Both the position numbers and the translations under genes were made by a program. Under the pieces are notes generated by a model. That model saw nothing but the letters and a program-made list of their open reading frames with translations, searched no databases and was not told the DNA's origin. Below are positions 30,259-40,893 of a DNA stretch of 59,903 nucleotides, piece by piece (within the stretch, counting starts at the first letter, position 1; each line of letters opens with the position of its first letter). The DNA comes from Candidatus Poseidoniales archaeon (GTDB lineage Archaea > Thermoplasmatota > Poseidoniia > Poseidoniales > Poseidoniaceae), in contig QQRY01000021.1 of the NCBI GenBank assembly GCA_003602575.1, forward strand, positions 1-59,903, written 5' to 3'.

Positions 30259-31125
30259 CTATCGCCAATTTGGCTCACTGGGATCTATATTCTTGAAGTT
30301 CGACATTACTTGAGCTAAAACTGCAATTGCGATTTCTTCGGGCGATTGTGCTCCAATGTTGAGTCCAATAGGACAAATCACAGAGTCAAGCATCTCTTGG
30401 CTGATTCCTTTATTCAGTCCCTGTTTCTCAAATTCTTGCCATTTAGACCTGCTACCAATAACTCCGATTCTTGGAGCTTCAATACCATTCAATTCTAAAC
30501 CAAAATTTGAATACATTTCTAGTAAGCCAAGTAATCTTTCTTGGTCTTCACTCCAGTCATGTCCAAGTAATAATATGTCAGAGAATTTTGATGATTCTTC
30601 TTTTTCGATAGATTCAAGGAAATCTTTGACTTCCAAGTGATATAGTTTGGATGAAGAGGGAAATAACTCACTATTGCAAAATTCTTTACGAGTATCATGG
30701 ACTGAAAATGACCAACCAAGTAAATCGATACTATCCGCTAATGCCTGAGCACAATGTCCGCCCCCTATTAGAAGAATATGTGGCATAGGAATCATGACCT
30801 CCATCGACAGGGTAACTCTGCCCCCGCATAGTGAATCAAGAGGTTGTACTTCATAGCCCTTCGCACCTTTGTTAAGGCCGAATATTTTTACTTCCCCATA
30901 AGGATTAGAATATTGATTAATTAATTCTTTACAACGGCTTAGAACCTTCATTTCAAGTCCTGCCCCTCCAACTGTCCCTATCCAAACATTACCATTATCG
31001 CTCATCGCAATTCTTGCACCGACTTTGCCAGGAACGCTGCCAGAAGTCTCAATAACAGTTGCTAAAACTACCGACTTACGCTGATTTAGGCAATCGAGTG
31101 CCCAACGTAGAACGGTTGCTGTCAT
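30259..31125 (-). CDS. xdhC: XdhC/CoxI molybdoenzyme maturation factor
   Basis: GSVPGKVGA, GTVGGAGLE, CGG, GGGHCA, IGSRSK, PIGLNIGAQSPEEIAIAV. Confidence 0.88.
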   Translation of the reverse strand: MTATVLRWALDCLNQRKSVVLATVIETSGSVPGKVGARIAMSDNGNVWIGTVGGAGLEMKVLSRCKELINQYSNPYGEVKIFGLNKGAKGYEVQPLDSLCGGRVTLSMEVMIPMPHILLIGGGHCAQALADSIDLLGWSFSVHDTRKEFCNSELFPSSSKLYHLEVKDFLESIEKEESSKFSDILLLGHDWSEDQERLLGLLEMYSNFGLELNGIEAPRIGVIGSRSKWQEFEKQGLNKGISQEMLDSVICPIGLNIGAQSPEEIAIAVLAQVMSNFKNIDPSEPNWR

Positions 31126-31164
31126 GGTCAAGCCTAGAGTTCTTACCAAATACTTTTTGCGATA

Positions 31165-31752
31165 TTATTGTTCGAAAAAATTTGCATTGTTATTTAGAAT
31201 AACCAAATCATCTTCTGTATCGATATTTAATCCGAGTAGAGGTTCTTCAACCTCAAATTTTTGAAATGATATTATGTCTCGTAAGGGAGTTTGTTTTTCA
31301 GCCAATAATAATTTATGTAAGTCATCACCAACTAAGCATACTGGATGGCCATTAACTCCTTTAGAAGAGAGACATGAACTGCTCTCAACGTCGGCCAATT
31401 TAACTATACTTTGAGCACTCCATCCCGGCCTATCCACGGGTGCGAGAATAATTTTTCTTGGCAGCCGACCGATTTCATCCAAAATGGCGGATAAGCCTAT
31501 CTGAATTGATCCAGTCCTACCTGCATCAGGATTAAGATTTAACAAAACTTTAGCACCATTTGAATCGACAGTGGCTTGAAAAAAACAGTCCTGATTAGTA
31601 ACTACAACTATCGGATTACAGTTCAGTGATTGTAATTTAGAAATAGTATGTTGTAGCAAAGTCTTACCAGCGATTTCAACAAATGCTTTATGCCTACCAA
31701 GTCGTTTACTGAGACCCGCTGCAATAATTATTGCCGGTAGATTGCTTGCCAT
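31165..31752 (-). CDS. MocA-like molybdenum cofactor nucleotidyltransferase
   Basis: IIAAGLSKRLGRHK, PVDRP, GHPV and NIDTEDD motifs; next to xdhC. Confidence 0.78.
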   Translation of the reverse strand: MASNLPAIIIAAGLSKRLGRHKAFVEIAGKTLLQHTISKLQSLNCNPIVVVTNQDCFFQATVDSNGAKVLLNLNPDAGRTGSIQIGLSAILDEIGRLPRKIILAPVDRPGWSAQSIVKLADVESSSCLSSKGVNGHPVCLVGDDLHKLLLAEKQTPLRDIISFQKFEVEEPLLGLNIDTEDDLVILNNNANFFEQ

Positions 31753-31825
31753 AATTTGGTTAGGAAGAATTCGGCTTTTGTGTTTATGGTTAATCCTTAA
31801 TAAACTGTTGAATAACTAGTTTCGC

Positions 31826-32566
31826 ATGTCTAAGGAAGACCCAGAAAAGCGTTCTATTGAATTACTCAAAGACATAGCCAAAGAAAATGAGTGGATTGAT
31901 GTAAAATTCAGCCTTCCAAACTATATTTACATGACCATAAATGGAGAATCAAGAAGATGGTACCATGCATCTGCTAAGATAAGAGATACAGAAGAGTTGA
32001 GTCTTTTTGAAAACGAAATTTGGCATATTGAAGTTAGAGGGGCTGCAAATAAATATGATTTGATTAGAAATAATAAGTTCAATGCCGACATATGTATCAA
32101 TACCAATGGGAAAGGAAATAAAATGCCCGTTGGGGATAGGTTAGCAGCCTTGGCATTATCATTAAGAAATGACAGACGTACTGCTATGAGTGTGCCTTTA
32201 TTAGCCCAATTCTTGGTTTGTAAGAGAGATTATCTCCAAGAAGTAATTGTGTTTCAAGAAGAGGGTATAATGACTGAAATCGATATGGACCAGATGGAGC
32301 ATTTCTATCAAATGGAGCAACATGATGCTAATGGCTTAGATATAATTGAAGATGATGTCGATTTCATTTGTGAGAATCCCCCATTCAGTGATTTTGATGA
32401 ACGATATATTGATCAGCCTGAAATCGATGACCAAATGTGGAAAGAGATGCAAGAACTCTTTGAAGAAGGCCAAGAAAAAGAAAATCAAGAAACATTTGAT
32501 ATCGAAAATTTCATCGATGCTTGGGAAAGACAGGATGATAAATACCATGATGGCAAAAGAGACTAG
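31826..32566 (+). CDS. hypothetical protein with acidic C-terminal region
   Basis: 246-aa ORF after a TTAATAAA TATA-like element; no family recognised. Confidence 0.6.
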   Translation: MSKEDPEKRSIELLKDIAKENEWIDVKFSLPNYIYMTINGESRRWYHASAKIRDTEELSLFENEIWHIEVRGAANKYDLIRNNKFNADICINTNGKGNKMPVGDRLAALALSLRNDRRTAMSVPLLAQFLVCKRDYLQEVIVFQEEGIMTEIDMDQMEHFYQMEQHDANGLDIIEDDVDFICENPPFSDFDERYIDQPEIDDQMWKEMQELFEEGQEKENQETFDIENFIDAWERQDDKYHDGKRD

Positions 32567-33711
32567 AAATCCTTAGTAATCTCTCTTCCAATAATCATTC
32601 TTTGAACTTGAGATGAACCTTCATAAATTTGCATGACCTTTGCTCCTCTCATCAATCTTGATACTGGGTACTCTTCAGAATAACCATATCCACCAAAAAT
32701 TTGAACTGCATCTGTTGAGACTTCCATGGCTGTATCTGCAGCAAATCTCTTTGCATGTGCTGCTGATTCTGTATTTTTAACTCCTGAATCTGATTGTGAA
32801 GCAGACTTCCAAGTTAGCATTCTTGACGCCTCGATTTTGGTCTTCATATCCGCTAGCATGAATTGTATTGCTTGATGCTTATGCAAAGGCTTTCCAAATG
32901 TCATTCTTTCATTTGAGTATTGAAGCGCATGCTCGTAAGAAGCTCGGGATAGGCCAGTTGCATGAGCAGCAATATTTGGTCTACTCAAATCGAATGCTTT
33001 CATGGCATTCATCCATCCTCCCGATTCTGTTTCTCCGATTAATTGGTCAGCTGGAACCCTTACATTATCAAAAACAATTGAGCGTGTATCTGAGCATCTT
33101 TGACCCATATTGGTTTCTTTTTTACCTAGGGAGAAACCTTCAGTATCTTTTTCCACGATGAATCCTGACATACCTCGATAACCAGCATCTGGATCTGTTT
33201 TAGCGAGGACAAAAAAGAAATCAGAATGTCCTGCACCGGTAATCCACATTTTTTCTCCATTGATTATGTATTCATCTCCATCCCTAATCGCTGTAGTCTT
33301 ACAAGCTGCAACATCAGAACCGGCTCCTGGTTCAGTGACTGCGTATGATGCTAGAGCGCCTTCTTTAGCAACCATTCCTAGCCATTTCTGCTTCTGGTTT
33401 TCAGTTCCACCTGTAATTATTGGAGCACAAGCTAGAGCGGTTGCATATGCTGCTGTAGCAAAACCAGGGTCTCCCCATGCTAATTCTTCATTTACAATCA
33501 CTTCTTCCATGCAACCTAGACCTGGACCTCCATATGCTTCAGGAATATGCAAATTGAGTAATCCCATTTCATGAGCTTTCATGATTGCCTCTTTTGGATA
33601 TAAGGCTTCATTATCCCAATGTTCGGCATTTGGTCTAACTTCTTCAACTGAAAACTCATGAGCAAGTTCCTTCAACATCTCTTGCATCTCATCTAACTGA
33701 AAGTTGACCAT
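32563..33711 (-). CDS. acyl-CoA dehydrogenase
   Basis: YAVTEPGAGSDV, NGEKMWIT, QIFGGYGY, IYEGSSQVQR motifs. Confidence 0.95.
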   Translation of the reverse strand: MVNFQLDEMQEMLKELAHEFSVEEVRPNAEHWDNEALYPKEAIMKAHEMGLLNLHIPEAYGGPGLGCMEEVIVNEELAWGDPGFATAAYATALACAPIITGGTENQKQKWLGMVAKEGALASYAVTEPGAGSDVAACKTTAIRDGDEYIINGEKMWITGAGHSDFFFVLAKTDPDAGYRGMSGFIVEKDTEGFSLGKKETNMGQRCSDTRSIVFDNVRVPADQLIGETESGGWMNAMKAFDLSRPNIAAHATGLSRASYEHALQYSNERMTFGKPLHKHQAIQFMLADMKTKIEASRMLTWKSASQSDSGVKNTESAAHAKRFAADTAMEVSTDAVQIFGGYGYSEEYPVSRLMRGAKVMQIYEGSSQVQRMIIGREITKDF

Positions 33712-33761
33712 GTGACGCCGAAGGGGAAGCAGGTTAAGATTTAATGGTTTGAATAAACAAT

Positions 33762-34880
33762 CTAGAAACCTATACGCCTAAGATGCTCGCATATCGCTAA
33801 GAAAATTAAGTAGAAGGAGATTAGTGAAATACCTTCCCAACGCTTGAATTTATATGATGTACGCATCATTAGTAAAGCGGCTAAGGTACATATTACAGCA
33901 GAAGGAAGTATGAAATAAATAATCATATTTACTCCATCGGGAGTAATAGTCAATGGACTAATTATTGCTGCTGAACCTATTGATAATAGTGGATCTGTAA
34001 TGTTTGAGCCAATTAGAGTCCCAATGGCTACACCTTGACTCTTACGAGCGGCCATCAACGCAATTGTTAATTCGGGTAATGAGGTACCTAGACCTGAAAC
34101 AGTTGTACCTATTACTGAATGAGGTACTTTGAGTTTATACGCTATTTCACTGGCATAATTAACTAAGTGATGAGCTGCAAATACAGCGAGAGACAGTCCA
34201 ATAATCACCATTACAAAATAAGCGGTGCCAGTCCAACTTATTCCTTTTAATTCATTTTCTCTGCCTTCGTCTTCCTCTTTTTGAATTACTTTTCTGTTGT
34301 ATAATAGCCAAGTAATATAAAATAAATAACTGAAAGAAAGGAAAAGACCCTCTAGACGAGAAATACTGTATTCAGTTAGCAAGAATAAAGCCAATAATAA
34401 TAGCGACAGCATCATGACTTGACCATCTCTCTTTAGCCAAGATGGCCTAATCTCAAGACCTCTTGAGAGAGCTACAATTCCAAGTATCAAAGTTATTTGA
34501 ACAAGCACAGAACCAAGAATTCCTCCTATGGCAAAGTCGGCAATCTCAGGATTATTTGAAGAATCCATCGCAGCGGTGCTTGTGACTAAAATTTCAGGTA
34601 GCGAAGTCCCGATTGAAACAATTGTCAGACCAATTACTACCTCTGGAATACCACCTCTTCTTGCCAGACCTTTGGCGCCTTCAATAAAGAAATCAGCTGA
34701 TACCACAAGTAAACTCAACGCTAACAGTAGTATAAACAATGTAATTGGAAGACTATTGGAACCAAAATTAGAGGAAAGTGTTTGACTGCCAATAATTCCA
34801 ATAAATAATGCTGCTAAAATCAGAAGGGTATTAAATTGTAAAAGTTGGGGGATTCCCATCTCTTTCTGGCCCCCCCCCAT
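33762..34880 (-). CDS. Ca2+/Na+ antiporter (YrbG/CaCA family)
   Basis: Two GTSLPE alpha-repeats, GSNI; about 11 TM helices. Confidence 0.9.
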   Translation of the reverse strand: MGGGQKEMGIPQLLQFNTLLILAALFIGIIGSQTLSSNFGSNSLPITLFILLLALSLLVVSADFFIEGAKGLARRGGIPEVVIGLTIVSIGTSLPEILVTSTAAMDSSNNPEIADFAIGGILGSVLVQITLILGIVALSRGLEIRPSWLKRDGQVMMLSLLLLALFLLTEYSISRLEGLFLSFSYLFYITWLLYNRKVIQKEEDEGRENELKGISWTGTAYFVMVIIGLSLAVFAAHHLVNYASEIAYKLKVPHSVIGTTVSGLGTSLPELTIALMAARKSQGVAIGTLIGSNITDPLLSIGSAAIISPLTITPDGVNMIIYFILPSAVICTLAALLMMRTSYKFKRWEGISLISFYLIFLAICEHLRRIGF

Positions 34881-34972
34881 GACTTTACGATGTAGGCTTA
34901 CTTATTCACGGTTATCATTGAATATATGATATATTTAGAAAAAAGCATTAACTGGGTTCAATACCCAGTGCT

Positions 34973-35584
34973 ATGCTGAAACGCTTGGGGGCTGAATTCC
35001 TTGGAACTGCTTTGATGGTTTCATTAGGTTGCCTAAGTGTAAAATTAGAATTGTCTAATTTTCTAATCTCGTCAACATTTGGAATTGCAGTATTTATCGC
35101 TATCTTATTCCTGAGAGGAATAAGTGGCGCACATATAAATCCGGCAGTTAGTATAGCATTCTATAGAAGTAAACACTTAGAGAAAAAAGCACTCTTACCG
35201 TATATTTCGGCTCAATTATTAGGTGCACTTTTCGGAGCGTTAATTGTTGGGCAATATGGCTTTACAAGTTTCAATATAGATATTGAATATGGAATTATAA
35301 TTGAAATTTTAATCACTTTCTTGCTAATGATGGGGATTTATTTCATAATATCGAAAACAGATAATACCCCGTTAGTCGCACTGTGGGTTGGACTAGTCGT
35401 TGGATTACTTGCATTCTTTTTTGGACCGTATACTGGGGCCTCAATGAATCCTGCAAGAACATTTGGGCCAAATTTGATTTCAGGCGAAATCAGTTCGATT
35501 CCAATCTATTGGATTACTACAACCATTGGCGCAGTACTGGCTTCAATGTTGTATAATCAGTTAGAAAAGTCAAAATCAAATTGA
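34973..35584 (+). CDS. MIP/aquaporin channel
   Basis: SGAHINPAVS and GASMNPARTFGP (two NPA motifs). Confidence 0.92.
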   Translation: MLKRLGAEFLGTALMVSLGCLSVKLELSNFLISSTFGIAVFIAILFLRGISGAHINPAVSIAFYRSKHLEKKALLPYISAQLLGALFGALIVGQYGFTSFNIDIEYGIIIEILITFLLMMGIYFIISKTDNTPLVALWVGLVVGLLAFFFGPYTGASMNPARTFGPNLISGEISSIPIYWITTTIGAVLASMLYNQLEKSKSN

Positions 35585-35631
35585 ATTTAAATAGGGTATT
35601 AATTGATAACTAAGAATCGATTAGCAGATTT

Positions 35632-35889
35632 ATGTCCGAGAAGCGTGTCTTGAGGAAGATGAAGAAACTCGCCTCAAGAATTAACGATCAAATGGAAACT
35701 GTTCGAGATATTATGGAAGACCTCGAAATTGAATTTGAACTTCTTCAAACTCAAATCTCAAAGCTTGAAGCAAAGAAGGGAATGAAAGCACAAGAAGAAG
35801 AAATGGAAGTCATTGTTGAAGATGAAGAAGAAAATGAAATCATCGATTTAGAAAATACTTCATCTGTAACAATAAATCAAAAGTTCTAG
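35632..35889 (+). CDS. small coiled-coil hypothetical protein
   Basis: 85-aa ORF, heptad-rich, acidic C-terminus. Confidence 0.55.
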   Translation: MSEKRVLRKMKKLASRINDQMETVRDIMEDLEIEFELLQTQISKLEAKKGMKAQEEEMEVIVEDEEENEIIDLENTSSVTINQKF

Positions 35890-35901
35890 AAATTTCTAGG
35901 C

Positions 35902-37083
35902 TTAAAGTTCTGATAAATTATATGCTAGGTTTGCTGCAATCGCATCACCTACATCACTACAAGAAGCGTTTCCACCCAAATCATAAGTCAATAATTTGCC
36001 TTGTTTGAGGTGATCTTCCACACTCTGTTCAATAAGTTTTGAAACTTCTAGTAAACCTTCATCTTGATTTCTACGTCCTAACCATTCTGTCATCATTTGA
36101 ACAGAATTGATTGAAGCGATTGGATTTACCTTATTCATTCCAGCATATTTTGGCGATGAACCATGTACTGGTTCGAAGAAAGCATGGTCATCCCCAATAT
36201 TACCTGAACCAGCCATGCCCATTCCACCTTGCAAAATTGATGCTAAATCGGTTGCAATGTCTCCAAACATGTTTGAAGTAACCACCACGTCATAATGTTC
36301 TGGGTTTCTAGTAATCCATTGTGTGAATGCATCAATATATCCATAGTCGGTAGATATAGAAGGATAATTGCTAGCAACTTGATCAAAGGTTCTTCTAAAT
36401 AATTGACAACCACGGGTAACGTTACTCTTATCGATGCAAGATACTTTACTGATGCCGTCAGATGGGGCTCCATTCCTTATTTGAGCAATCTCGAACCCCA
36501 TTTTTACTAATCTTTCAGTTCCATGAGATGAAATTGGTCTAGGGTCGTAAGCAACCTCACCTTTCAAGTCAGGGAAGTCCATATCGGGTATAGTGTAATC
36601 TTCCAGACCTTGGGCTCTGTTAGATGCTCTTTTCAATAATGAATAATACAAACCTTCAGTGTTTTCCCTTAGAATTGTCATGTCTACCATGTCTGGCTGC
36701 CATATTTGTGTGAATCTACCGTGAACCTTGTGAAGAACGCCTTGGAAAAGTTTTACTGGTCTAACATTAGCATATAAATCAAGACCGCTTCTCATACCTA
36801 GAATTACTGAACCCCCTGCTAAATCTCCATTAGGTAAGTATGAGCCTGGATGCCCAATTGCTCCAAGAAAAATCGCATCTGCCTCATCGCGACATAATTC
36901 AAACGAACCTTCTTCCCATTCTTTTCCAGTTTCCTTGTATAACTGACCTCCACATGGAATATCTAAATTTTCAAATCCGAAATTAGAATTTTCTGAGATT
37001 GTATCAAGGATTTTTGTGGCCTCAAGAGCGACTTCCCTTCCTGTTCCATCACCGGGCAAGATTGCAATACGATAGTCGCTCAT
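35902..37083 (-). CDS. isocitrate/isopropylmalate-family decarboxylating dehydrogenase
   Basis: PGDGTG, LYANVRP, RENTEGLY, DKSNV, NMFGDI, FEPVHGSSP; substrate not resolvable by eye. Confidence 0.85.
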   Translation of the reverse strand: MSDYRIAILPGDGTGREVALEATKILDTISENSNFGFENLDIPCGGQLYKETGKEWEEGSFELCRDEADAIFLGAIGHPGSYLPNGDLAGGSVILGMRSGLDLYANVRPVKLFQGVLHKVHGRFTQIWQPDMVDMTILRENTEGLYYSLLKRASNRAQGLEDYTIPDMDFPDLKGEVAYDPRPISSHGTERLVKMGFEIAQIRNGAPSDGISKVSCIDKSNVTRGCQLFRRTFDQVASNYPSISTDYGYIDAFTQWITRNPEHYDVVVTSNMFGDIATDLASILQGGMGMAGSGNIGDDHAFFEPVHGSSPKYAGMNKVNPIASINSVQMMTEWLGRRNQDEGLLEVSKLIEQSVEDHLKQGKLLTYDLGGNASCSDVGDAIAANLAYNLSEL

Positions 37084-37184
37084 AGCCTCTGCCAAAGGTC
37101 ACAGGTAAATGAATAAAACCCTCTATATTTTTATCACTTTTTGAGAGTTAAATTCTTTATAATGTCTCGACATAATTTTGTGAC

Positions 37185-37505
37185 ATGACTACTAATAATG
37201 ATTACCAAACCATACCTGCTACAGAAGAAAATTTATCTTTAGAGCATGACATAAATCGATTCGATGAAAATCCACCAAAGCAACTTTCACAAAGACACCC
37301 AGTTATTGTCGATAACATCAAGGGAGTCGCATGCATAGGCTACCTTGGAACCTTCAGTACTCGAATAAATATCTCTCTGGAAAACGAACATCCCGAACTT
37401 GGCAAGGATTTTCAAACTAAATACTTCATGTTCACAGAGCCAGGACATGTTAACTGGGGCCACTATGGTCAAAGTTTTAAAATCCAAAAAATCGTAATTG
37501 ATTAA
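37185..37505 (+). CDS. hypothetical protein
   Basis: 106-aa ORF with TTTATAAT about 25 nt upstream. Confidence 0.55.
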   Translation: MTTNNDYQTIPATEENLSLEHDINRFDENPPKQLSQRHPVIVDNIKGVACIGYLGTFSTRINISLENEHPELGKDFQTKYFMFTEPGHVNWGHYGQSFKIQKIVID

Positions 37506-40102
37506 GAATTTACGACTACTTTCAATACCTCGATCACATGATCTTTAGATGGTACTGTATAATTTTCTAGTGGGGGCGAGAAAGGTACAGGAGTATCAAG
37601 TGCGCCAATAACTGCAGGAGTAGATTCTAAGGCATAGAAGCATGATTCTAAGATACGACTTTGAATTGTATGTCCAAGACCACCATTCCATTGTCCTTCT
37701 TGAAGCACAACTAATCTACCTGTTCGAATAACAGATTCAATACATGTTTTAGAATCGAATGGTAGTAATGTCCTAAGATCAATTATTTCAACCTCAATAC
37801 CTTCTCTACTCAGTTCTTCTGCTGCTTGAATTCCAACATGCAACATAGCGCCCCATGTCACCAAAGTAACATCTCGACCACCACGAATGATTTCAGCCTT
37901 ACCAATTTTGTAGCGTTCATTATTTTCAATAGAAGTATTTACTGATTTTGTATCCACTACTTGATTAATATTCTGACCCCAACCTGTCATTCCTCCTCTA
38001 AGGCCGTACAATCCAATGTGTTCTAACATAATTACTGGGTCATTTAATTCAGCAGCCTCGACAAGTAAGTCATATGCATCTTGTGGAGTTCCTGGCGCCA
38101 AGACTACTAAACCGGGGTCATTGGCAAACCATGACTCTATCATATTTGCATGGAATGGGCCTGAACGTGTTTTTGCACCAAGAGGTATTCTAATCGTCAT
38201 TGGGCAGTCTGCACCCCAACGCCATCTAAGCATAGCTGCATTATTTATTAGAGCATTATATCCTAATGCAGCAAAACCTCCGAACTGAATCTCAACCATC
38301 GGTCGCATTCCTGATAAAGCCGCTCCTGTACCTGTATGGACGATTACTGCTTCACAAAGTGGCATATCAACTAACTTATCTGAATGACCTGCATTCTTCA
38401 ATGAGATATTCATTCCAAATGCTCCAGCCACCTCCATGTCCTCTCCAATAAATACGCAGTCTTCTTGATATCTGTCTGCAATATCTGCCATCGCTTGTTG
38501 AATAGCTCTAGCATATGTCCAACCACCTTTTTGTGCATATTCAATACTTAACTTTCCAATTTCAAGCGGTGATGAAGAATATTGGTGTTCTACTCCCTTC
38601 AATCTTTCAAGGTGTTGAGAATGAGTATCTGCATCATTCAACGTTGTCACGCCCTTTGTTACTGTTTCTGGCTTTGGCCAATCCATTTCCATCAATTCTT
38701 TGTGATCTTGTTCGATTAGAGCCTTCTCTTGATTTTCCATATCTTCGATTAATTGTTCTTCTACACCTAGATTGATTAGTAATTCCCTATGTGTTGGCAA
38801 AGGATCTTTGGCTTCCCAGTAACTAAGTAAGTCTCTATCTACATAGCCTGGAGGAGTACCTGATTGACTTCCTAAATACAAATCATCATGGTGATGAGCA
38901 TGCCCGCAACCCCTCATGGTTTCAACATGTATCAAAGTAGGACCTCCACCCTCTAAAGAAAATTCACGAGCACAAGCCACACTAGCATGCCATGCAGCAG
39001 GGTCAGAACCATCAATAGTCCAACTAGGGAATCCCATTGCTACTGCTTTATCAGCCCAAACTTCAACTCCGGATTGGTTTTTGGGAGATGTATCTAAGGC
39101 AATTTGGTTATTTTGAAGAATGTAAGTAATCGGCAGGCCCCTAGTTCCTGCAAAATTCATTGCCTCCCAAAATTCTCCTGAAGAAGAGGCACCTTCTCCT
39201 ATGCAAGCAACATGGAATCTACCTAGGTTCTTTCTCCATGACGCAAATGCAAGTCCTGTCATAGTAACACTTGCAATAGGCAGGGGTGCTGTAGGAGGCA
39301 ACACACCTACATTCCAAGCCCCGATATGGAGGTCCCGACCACCAGCATCATCCCATCCACCGTTTTGATTGGAACCGACCTTTCCTAAATTTGCTGACAT
39401 CACACCAATTGGAGTATCCCCCATTGCAAGAGCAAGTCCAACATCTCTAATCATAGGAGCTACTAGATCGCCATCATAACCATTTGCAGGAGTCGCACTG
39501 GAATCCGAGTTTGGATCTCGATTCAAGGCAGTAGCAACAGCAACAACGCCTTCTTGCCAAGTTGAACGGAAACCTTTGCCTCCAAATTTAGAACCATCAG
39601 GAGTTTCTATACCTTCAGAATAAATTTCTTTTAATGCCTCATCTAGATATCTTGTTCGAGTCATCAAGCGTTGCCATTCCAATCTTTGTTCGATGGTTAC
39701 CGACATGTAGTGAGCAAGTCTCCTAAGCATAAGTTTGACATCAACGATAAAATGAGAGGCTCTTCGCTGAATAAATTGCGTAAGATTACGACGAGGAATT
39801 ACTTCCATATCTTTCTCGTTTTCCATTTTATCTTCTATTTGAGCGATTACTGCTCTCTCTAATGATTCAGTTAGCCTACTGCTAAATTTATTCCAAGAGG
39901 GGCCTTCGAATTGTTTCGGTTCAGATTCTATAACATGATCCCAAATATCGCAAACCAGAGCGATACGAGATTCGTGTCTCTGAGCTACAAACATCAGAAA
40001 TTCTTGGCGGGCAGCGTCGCTGTGAAGTGGTTGTATGAATTTTAATGGCCCACTGGGAGACCAATCCAATCCGAAAATCTCGGGTGCTTCACCTTGGGCC
40101 AT
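37502..40102 (-). CDS. fused 2-oxoacid dehydrogenase E1 alpha+beta with N-terminal extension
   Basis: TPP motif GEGA...NN; beta-part GEDM, RPMVEIQF, GPFHA, EIIDLRTL. Confidence 0.85.
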   Translation of the reverse strand: MAQGEAPEIFGLDWSPSGPLKFIQPLHSDAARQEFLMFVAQRHESRIALVCDIWDHVIESEPKQFEGPSWNKFSSRLTESLERAVIAQIEDKMENEKDMEVIPRRNLTQFIQRRASHFIVDVKLMLRRLAHYMSVTIEQRLEWQRLMTRTRYLDEALKEIYSEGIETPDGSKFGGKGFRSTWQEGVVAVATALNRDPNSDSSATPANGYDGDLVAPMIRDVGLALAMGDTPIGVMSANLGKVGSNQNGGWDDAGGRDLHIGAWNVGVLPPTAPLPIASVTMTGLAFASWRKNLGRFHVACIGEGASSSGEFWEAMNFAGTRGLPITYILQNNQIALDTSPKNQSGVEVWADKAVAMGFPSWTIDGSDPAAWHASVACAREFSLEGGGPTLIHVETMRGCGHAHHHDDLYLGSQSGTPPGYVDRDLLSYWEAKDPLPTHRELLINLGVEEQLIEDMENQEKALIEQDHKELMEMDWPKPETVTKGVTTLNDADTHSQHLERLKGVEHQYSSSPLEIGKLSIEYAQKGGWTYARAIQQAMADIADRYQEDCVFIGEDMEVAGAFGMNISLKNAGHSDKLVDMPLCEAVIVHTGTGAALSGMRPMVEIQFGGFAALGYNALINNAAMLRWRWGADCPMTIRIPLGAKTRSGPFHANMIESWFANDPGLVVLAPGTPQDAYDLLVEAAELNDPVIMLEHIGLYGLRGGMTGWGQNINQVVDTKSVNTSIENNERYKIGKAEIIRGGRDVTLVTWGAMLHVGIQAAEELSREGIEVEIIDLRTLLPFDSKTCIESVIRTGRLVVLQEGQWNGGLGHTIQSRILESCFYALESTPAVIGALDTPVPFSPPLENYTVPSKDHVIEVLKVVVNS

Positions 40103-40152
40103 AGCAGTCCCAGAAGTAGCCTACATACAAACACAGCGGGAGATTCAAAGAT

Positions 40153-40893
40153 TCATTCTTCCTCAATAGCGTCATTTAGAGCCTTCATTGTAACTCTGGT
40201 TACAATGATAGTTGCAATTAGTGTTGCAATTATTCCAAGCACTAATAGAGCAATACCTAAGGGAGATTTCTGGAATCCTCCCATCATATCAGGACTCAAT
40301 GCTATTGTTCCAACTGCAAGACCAAAGTAAGCATATGCCAGAGAATACACTACACTCGATAGAGTGGAAAGAACGAATACACGTATCGTTACAGGCCCTG
40401 ATGCCATAATGTAATTTAGCCATTCATCAGGAATAAGAGGAGATAGTCTCACCAATAATGAAATTCTCATGGCCTCTTCACCTATTGCTGCCTCTATTTT
40501 TTGAAGTCGATTATCACTGGCTACAATTTTTGCTATCGAATCTCTAAATAACCACCTTCCAAGAAGAAATGCTAGCAAACCTCCAACTATTGAGGCGGTG
40601 AAATTTATCAGAACAGCAAGCCAGTAAGGGAATAATGCACCCGCAGTCACCTTCATTATTGGAGTTGGTGCAAGAATTACTACACCAATTATTAAGATCA
40701 ATGTGAATAGTAAAGGCGCTAGATTACCAAGACCTTCAAACCAATCCAAGAAGAAGGATATATCTTTTAGAATATTGAAAATAATTACTGACCAAATAAT
40801 GAAGATTGTAACACTTATCACAAGTCTAAATTTTACAATATTACCATCTTGAATCGATATCTTTTCTTGTTTGAGCAAGGACATAGCCTTCAC
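40153..40893 (-). CDS. DedA/TVP38 (VTT domain) membrane protein
   Basis: AGALF, AFLLGRWLFR and LVRLSPLIP motifs. Confidence 0.85.
   Translation of the reverse strand: MKAMSLLKQEKISIQDGNIVKFRLVISVTIFIIWSVIIFNILKDISFFLDWFEGLGNLAPLLFTLILIIGVVILAPTPIMKVTAGALFPYWLAVLINFTASIVGGLLAFLLGRWLFRDSIAKIVASDNRLQKIEAAIGEEAMRISLLVRLSPLIPDEWLNYIMASGPVTIRVFVLSTLSSVVYSLAYAYFGLAVGTIALSPDMMGGFQKSPLGIALLVLGIIATLIATIIVTRVTMKALNDAIEEE

Noticed and set aside
34870-34878. Poly-C/G tract as a phase-variation switch at the antiporter start
   Set aside because: An in-frame downstream ATG (MGIPQ) would bypass it; no frameshift evident
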